DNA of 10,116 nt, taken from a virus. Taxonomy: Duplodnaviria; Heunggongvirae; Uroviricota; Caudoviricetes. The position numbers and the translations under genes were made by a program. Positions 6,792-10,116 of this stretch are shown here, in pieces; positions within the stretch are counted from its first letter, which is position 1, and the number at the start of each line of letters is the position of its first letter. The stretch spans positions 1 to 10,116 of the IMG/VR virus record IMGVR_UViG_2531839265_000009, one strand, 5' to 3'. A model generated the notes under the pieces. That model was not told the origin of the DNA and ran no database searches. It saw only the letters and a list, made by a program, of their open reading frames with translations.

Positions 6792-6987
6792 GGCTCACCC
6801 CCTGACGAATACGGGCGGCGAATACCATCACGCAGCCAGCCGGGGATTGCTGGCGTGCTTCCTGTTCGCTGGTGGCCTCAATGGTAATCACGCGCGGTTG
6901 TGCCGTACTCAGGGCGATAAAACGCCAGATATATTTATTCAGGTTGTGCGAGTCCCGCCCTTGCGGGTGTGTGGTATGATTTCTCAT
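6781..6987 (-). CDS. hypothetical small protein (68 aa)
   Basis: The 3' 68 codons of the long 6781..7425 frame, starting at ATG 6987..6985 with GAGG 5 nt upstream. The rest of that frame runs antisense through the RHH gene and is rejected. Stop TAA at 6783..6781 overlaps the next gene's start. Confidence 0.4.
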   Translation of the reverse strand: MRNHTTHPQGRDSHNLNKYIWRFIALSTAQPRVITIEATSEQEARQQSPAGCVMVFAARIRQGVSHVQ

Positions 6988-7068
6988 AGCTGCCTCGATA
7001 CTCTTTCTATCGTTGGTGGTTAGACGCCCTGCATGTGTGCCACCACTGCGGGGCGTTGCGTTTTTTGA

Positions 7069-7128
7069 TGTACACGTGTTAAGGTGTACACCTAACGAAC
7101 CAAAACATAACGCTATAGGTGTACACAT
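7069..7128. promoter_or_regulatory. three GTGTACAC-type palindromic operator-like sites upstream of, and overlapping the start of, the RHH gene
   Basis: TGTACAC at 7069..7075 overlapping the ACACGTGT palindrome at 7072..7079. Perfect 12-bp palindrome AGGTGTACACCT at 7082..7093. AGGTGTACACAT at 7117..7128, which overlaps the probable RBS (AGGTG) and the A of ATG 7127. Confidence 0.6.
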
Positions 7129-7321
7129 GTCAACAGTTATTAAGCGCGATAAAAAACAAAAAGGCACAGGAAAGGCCCCACCATTCCATATGCGTATAGT
7201 CCCTGAATTGAAGGAGCAGTTTGATAACGAAGCCAGTAACGATGGAGTAAGTCTTGCCAACTGGCTTAAAGAGTTAGGGCGCAAAGAACTGCTACGGCGC
7301 GGAATTGAGCCAAAGGGATAA
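7127..7321 (+). CDS. Arc/Mnt-family ribbon-helix-helix DNA-binding protein (64 aa)
   Basis: FHMRIVPELKEQFDNEASNDGVSLANWLKELGRKEL fits the RHH beta-strand plus two-helix pattern (compare Mnt FNFRMPMEVREKLKFRAEANGRSMNSELLQIV). ATG 7127 sits 5 nt after AGGTG. The longer 7013..7321 frame upstream has no RBS and runs through the operator palindromes. Confidence 0.6.
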   Translation: MSTVIKRDKKQKGTGKAPPFHMRIVPELKEQFDNEASNDGVSLANWLKELGRKELLRRGIEPKG

Positions 7322-7330
7322 CTATCACTA

Positions 7331-7861
7331 ATGTCGCAACCAGAGGAGTTGCGACTCCAAAGATTACATAGGAGATTAATGATTATGGGATTCGTCATTT
7401 TCATTGCGATCGTAATTTTATCCATTTACGTTCTTACCAAATTATTTATTTCAGAAAATTCACACGACAAAATTAGAGCCGAGGCATCCAGAAGAATTGC
7501 ACAAGAAGAGGCCGAACGGGCTAAGTTGTATGAAGAGAGAAAGGAATCATCTGATAATCCTGTTAATAAACAAAAACGAATAACAACACACGAAGATCAT
7601 TTTTATATGGATATTCATGGCGGTCACAAATATATATGTGTTGATGCTAAGTTAGTTTTTGAATATGCAAATTTAAAACACAACTATTTTCTTCACGCAT
7701 CTCACTATTTCCCTGAGTTAGAGTATGTTTATGGAAAAAACGAACATGGGAAAATAGTTAGAGTAGATTTGTACGATAAAAAAATTCAAGCTATTAACCC
7801 CGATACTGGCGAAAAAATACCAGGTGTGAGACGTTACCTACGACAGCACAAGATAAAATAG
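7331..7861 (+). CDS. single-pass membrane protein with ~130-aa His/Tyr-rich C-terminal domain, unknown function (AT-rich cargo gene)
   Basis: Open frame with one hydrophobic helix (MIMGFVIFIAIVILSIYVLTKLF) preceded by a basic segment (RLQRLHRRL), then a charged linker and a C-terminal domain. Strong AGGAG (7370..7374) favours ATG 7379 or 7385 as the real start; 7331 is the longest frame. Markedly AT-richer than its surroundings, by eye. Confidence 0.6.
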   Translation: MSQPEELRLQRLHRRLMIMGFVIFIAIVILSIYVLTKLFISENSHDKIRAEASRRIAQEEAERAKLYEERKESSDNPVNKQKRITTHEDHFYMDIHGGHKYICVDAKLVFEYANLKHNYFLHASHYFPELEYVYGKNEHGKIVRVDLYDKKIQAINPDTGEKIPGVRRYLRQHKIK

Positions 7862-7963
7862 CCCACCGGAATTTTTTTCCGGTTACGCTTTGCCCACCAG
7901 CCGCAAATGTGGCATTGTTGGCAATGCTCATGCGTTGGGGATAACGTGTAGCTTGTGTCGAAT

Positions 7964-7991
7964 GGCCACCGTAGCAGGTGGCCTTTGTTTT
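7964..7991 (+). terminator. rho-independent terminator for the plus-strand cassette
   Basis: GGCCACC (7964..7970) / GGTGGCC (7977..7983) 7-bp stem with a 6-nt loop, followed by TTTGTTTT. Confidence 0.65.
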
Positions 7992-8142
7992 GCCTGTTAT
8001 CCGGCAATTGTGGCGCTTCGTCACACGGTTGATATAATTCCCCTGCACTGATCCATTTTTTTCGCAGCAGGTTAATTGTTCACAAGGGCGCTCCGGCAAC
8101 GGGGTGCTTTTTGTTATGTTCATTGCGTTACACCTAACACCA

Positions 8143-8349
8143 TTACGCAGCCGTTCCGCGCGCTTCTTCCTCGCGTTCTTTCAGCCAGGCCAGCACCTCA
8201 TCTTCATACCAGCCAACACGGCGCAGACCGATTTTGAAGCCTTTCGGGAATTTTCCGGCGCTGATCATGTCCTGTAGCGAACTGTCTGCCTTGATGCGCA
8301 GAATATTTTTTACTTCCTGACGGGTAAGAATTTTTCTGATTACTTCCAT
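8143..8349 (-). CDS. alpA: AlpA-family phage transcriptional regulator (MerR-like HTH; excisionase/activator-like)
   Basis: 68-aa ORF. ILTRQEVKNILRIKADSSLQDMISAGKFPKGFKIGLRRVGWYEDEVLAWL matches the AlpA pattern (L..V....G.S..T.Y.....G.FP.....G.R.VGW...EV..WL). GAGGT RBS 9 nt upstream of ATG 8349. Confidence 0.85.
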   Translation of the reverse strand: MEVIRKILTRQEVKNILRIKADSSLQDMISAGKFPKGFKIGLRRVGWYEDEVLAWLKEREEEARGTAA

Positions 8350-8414
8350 CGTGTTTTACCTCGTTAATCCGGCGTATTCCGGTGATAAATACGGTAAAAC
8401 AGGGCAGGGCGGGA

Positions 8415-8454
8415 AAAACAGTACTCACCGTTTTAAAACGGTACTCACTGTTTT
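8415..8454. promoter_or_regulatory. two tandem 20-bp imperfectly palindromic repeats upstream of alpA (candidate operator)
   Basis: AAAACAGTACTCACCGTTTT at 8415..8434 and AAAACGGTACTCACTGTTTT at 8435..8454, differing at 2 positions. Each has inverted ends AAAAC.G / C.GTTTT around TACTCAC. Confidence 0.55.
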
Positions 8455-8482
8455 TATCTCATTGATTACGCTTTCTTTTTGC

Positions 8483-8513
8483 AAAAAAAATAGCGACCGC
8501 AAGGGGCCGCTAT
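8483..8513 (-). terminator. rho-independent terminator after the int / small-ORF transcription unit
   Basis: ATAGCGACC (8490..8498) / GGCCGCTAT (8505..8513) stem with one mismatch. On the minus strand it is followed by a T run (plus-strand A run 8483..8489). Confidence 0.6.
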
Positions 8514-8518
8514 TGTGA

Positions 8519-8761
8519 TTACCGCTTCCACTTCTTAGGTCGTCCACCACATTTAAGGCTGGTGGGTCTCAGCACCTTGTCGATGCTTTCAGCCAGATTT
8601 TTCGATGCGCCACGCGAGCGTAAAAAACTGACTACCTCGTGTTTTGTGGGGGCTGTTGATTTGTCTTCCGGATCGTATGTTGACCAGAATTCATGATTTG
8701 CCATTAACGCCAGTTGCAGTCCTTCACCGCAGACATTGGATGATTTTTCGTGCCAGACCAT
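8519..8761 (-). CDS. hypothetical protein (80 aa) between int and alpA
   Basis: Open frame only. Weak RBS. Basic C-terminus (GRPKKWKR). No family recognised; the exact start is uncertain. Confidence 0.4.
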   Translation of the reverse strand: MVWHEKSSNVCGEGLQLALMANHEFWSTYDPEDKSTAPTKHEVVSFLRSRGASKNLAESIDKVLRPTSLKCGGRPKKWKR

Positions 8762-8874
8762 TTCAATAAATCTCGATTTCTCATGAGTCGGGTTTTTCCT
8801 TGTCTGTTGAGGAGATAGAGGATTATACGATGGTTTGGCATGGTTTGCACTGGTTATACTGTTTTTTTGTACAG

Positions 8875-10116
8875 TTACACGGCACGGATACCCCTTTTAC
8901 CACTGGCTATGGTCACTCCGGTAGCTGCGGCCTCTACAAATTCCCCCCACCAGCGCATAAGCACCACGCGCTTTTCCAGGTAGTTACTTCGGTTATATGC
9001 TCGCCTTACCTCGTTCGTGTCCACGTGTGCGAGTGCGGCCTCGATTACGTCCGGCTCGAATCCTTCCTCGTTCGCTGCTGTACTGAATATGGCGCGTAAT
9101 CCGTGAGACACCAGCACACCAGCGTATCCCATCCGGCGCAATGCAGCGTTAGCGGTCTGGCTGCTCATTGGCAGCATTGGATTTTTAAGGCTGGGAAAAA
9201 CATGTTCCCTGTGTGCGCTGATTGGCTTCATTGTTTCCAGTACAGCCATCGCCTGACCGCAAAGAGGGATCACATGGTCACGGCGCATCTTCATGCGTCC
9301 GGCTGGAATCGTCCATGTTTCGGCATCGAGATCTATTTCTTCCCAGCGTGCGGCGGCTGCTTCGGCTGGGCGTGCTACGGTCAGCAGTTGCCACTCAATC
9401 AGCAATCTGGTTTGCCGTTCTATGCTGGCGACCGATAAATCGTGCATTAGCTGCGGTAGCTGTTCCGGTCGGATGGTTGGCATATGCTTTTTAGTGGGAG
9501 AAGGGAATGCCTTGCGGACGTTCGCTGCGGTGTTGATGTCAATCAGCCCACTGTTGGCAGCAAAATCCATCACTTCATTGATGCGTTGTAAAACGCGTTT
9601 CAGAGTTTCCAGGTTGCCACGCGCTTTAATGGGGGTGAGTATCTCGACAAAGCGGCGAGCGGTGAGGGTATCTATTGGCGTTTTTCCGATGTACGGGAAT
9701 ACGTATTTTTCCATGGATCGCCAGATATCCTTAATCGTGTTGTAAGCCAGATTCTGGCCTTTTTTCATCTCGTACCAGTCCGAGGCAACTTTTTCGAACG
9801 TGTTGCCCTTTTTCCTGCTCTCTGCTTCACGTTTCCGGCGTTCGTAGTCCTGTGGGTCAGTTCCCTTTGCTATGAGTGACCTGTATTCATTCCGTCGCTC
9901 TCTGGCATCAGACAGGGAAACATCATTTAGCGATCCAAGGCTGATAATAGTCCGTTTTTTATCTGCCGGGCGGTAGTACGTAAAACGCCAGATTTTTGAT
10001 CCGGAGGGCTTCACCAGAAGAAATAATCCTCCGCCATCCTGCAGGGTATATTCCTTTTCCCCTGGTCGTGCGTTTTTGATCTCCGTAATAGTTAGTGGGG
10101 GGGTTTTTCGTGCCAT
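8875..10116 (-). CDS. int: tyrosine site-specific integrase, P4-family (prophage CP4-like)
   Basis: 413-aa ORF. N-terminus YTLQDGGGLFLLVKPSGSKIWRFTYY is the typical P4-type integrase arm domain. C-terminal catalytic region contains the HGLR box (VSHGLRAIFSTAA) and a downstream Tyr (RRAYNRSNYLEKR). The ATG is the last three bases of the window, so its RBS and the attachment site lie outside. Confidence 0.95.
   Translation of the reverse strand: MARKTPPLTITEIKNARPGEKEYTLQDGGGLFLLVKPSGSKIWRFTYYRPADKKRTIISLGSLNDVSLSDARERRNEYRSLIAKGTDPQDYERRKREAESRKKGNTFEKVASDWYEMKKGQNLAYNTIKDIWRSMEKYVFPYIGKTPIDTLTARRFVEILTPIKARGNLETLKRVLQRINEVMDFAANSGLIDINTAANVRKAFPSPTKKHMPTIRPEQLPQLMHDLSVASIERQTRLLIEWQLLTVARPAEAAAARWEEIDLDAETWTIPAGRMKMRRDHVIPLCGQAMAVLETMKPISAHREHVFPSLKNPMLPMSSQTANAALRRMGYAGVLVSHGLRAIFSTAANEEGFEPDVIEAALAHVDTNEVRRAYNRSNYLEKRVVLMRWWGEFVEAAATGVTIASGKRGIRAV

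Noticed and set aside
6813-6821. GGGCGGCGA resembling the left part of lambda cosN
   Set aside because: Only 9 of 12 positions match, there is no flanking cosB-like structure, and it lies inside coding sequence. The P2/P4 19-nt cos sequence was not found either.
6781-7425. 214-aa minus-strand ORF spanning the RHH gene region
   Set aside because: Upstream of codon 147 it runs antisense through the RHH gene and its operators and has low-complexity composition. Only its 3' 68 codons (6781..6987), which have their own RBS, are kept.
8030-8040. Perfect TATAAT hexamer at 8033..8038 on the plus strand
   Set aside because: There is no convincing -35 element at 17-nt spacing, and it would drive transcription antisense to alpA with no downstream plus-strand gene; not called as a promoter.
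7794-8428. Minus-strand ORFs 7794..8123 and 8204..8428
   Set aside because: The first crosses two plus-strand terminator hairpins and overlaps the membrane-protein gene 3' end; the second is an alternative frame over alpA and its upstream repeats.
8800-9745. Plus-strand ORFs 8800..9099, 9103..9438, 9222..9494 and 9293..9745
   Set aside because: Antisense shadow frames inside the integrase gene, whose own frame has clear conserved motifs.
1-10116. Scan for tRNA, rRNA, CRISPR arrays, IS elements and att-type direct repeats at the window ends
   Set aside because: No cloverleaf-compatible tRNA, no regular repeat-spacer array, no transposase and no end-to-end direct repeats were seen. The integration site probably lies beyond 10116.

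Overview
The window reads as one compact integrative element of the phage-satellite type (P4-like / PICI-like) in an enterobacterial-type genome, encoded mostly on the minus strand, and both window ends coincide with gene boundaries. Order from right to left: P4-family tyrosine integrase (8875-10116), a small ORF, an AlpA-family regulator, then a divergent plus-strand AT-rich two-gene cassette (Arc-like RHH protein with palindromic operators plus a single-pass membrane protein), which is the best candidate for an undescribed accessory or defence module. Next come three small translationally coupled unknown genes, a small basic ORF, a RepA/AAA_25-type helicase, an iteron-rich candidate origin, a small ORF and an SSB. 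After back-to-back terminators, the left part carries a lambda gpE-like major capsid gene (frameshifted), a lambda gpD-like decoration gene, an unknown ORF, a Nu1-like small-terminase-like gene flanked by ~80-bp inverted repeats, and a terminal ORF ending at position 1. No tRNA, rRNA, CRISPR array or IS element was recognised. All homology statements come from by-eye comparison with remembered protein sequences and motifs; no database search was run.
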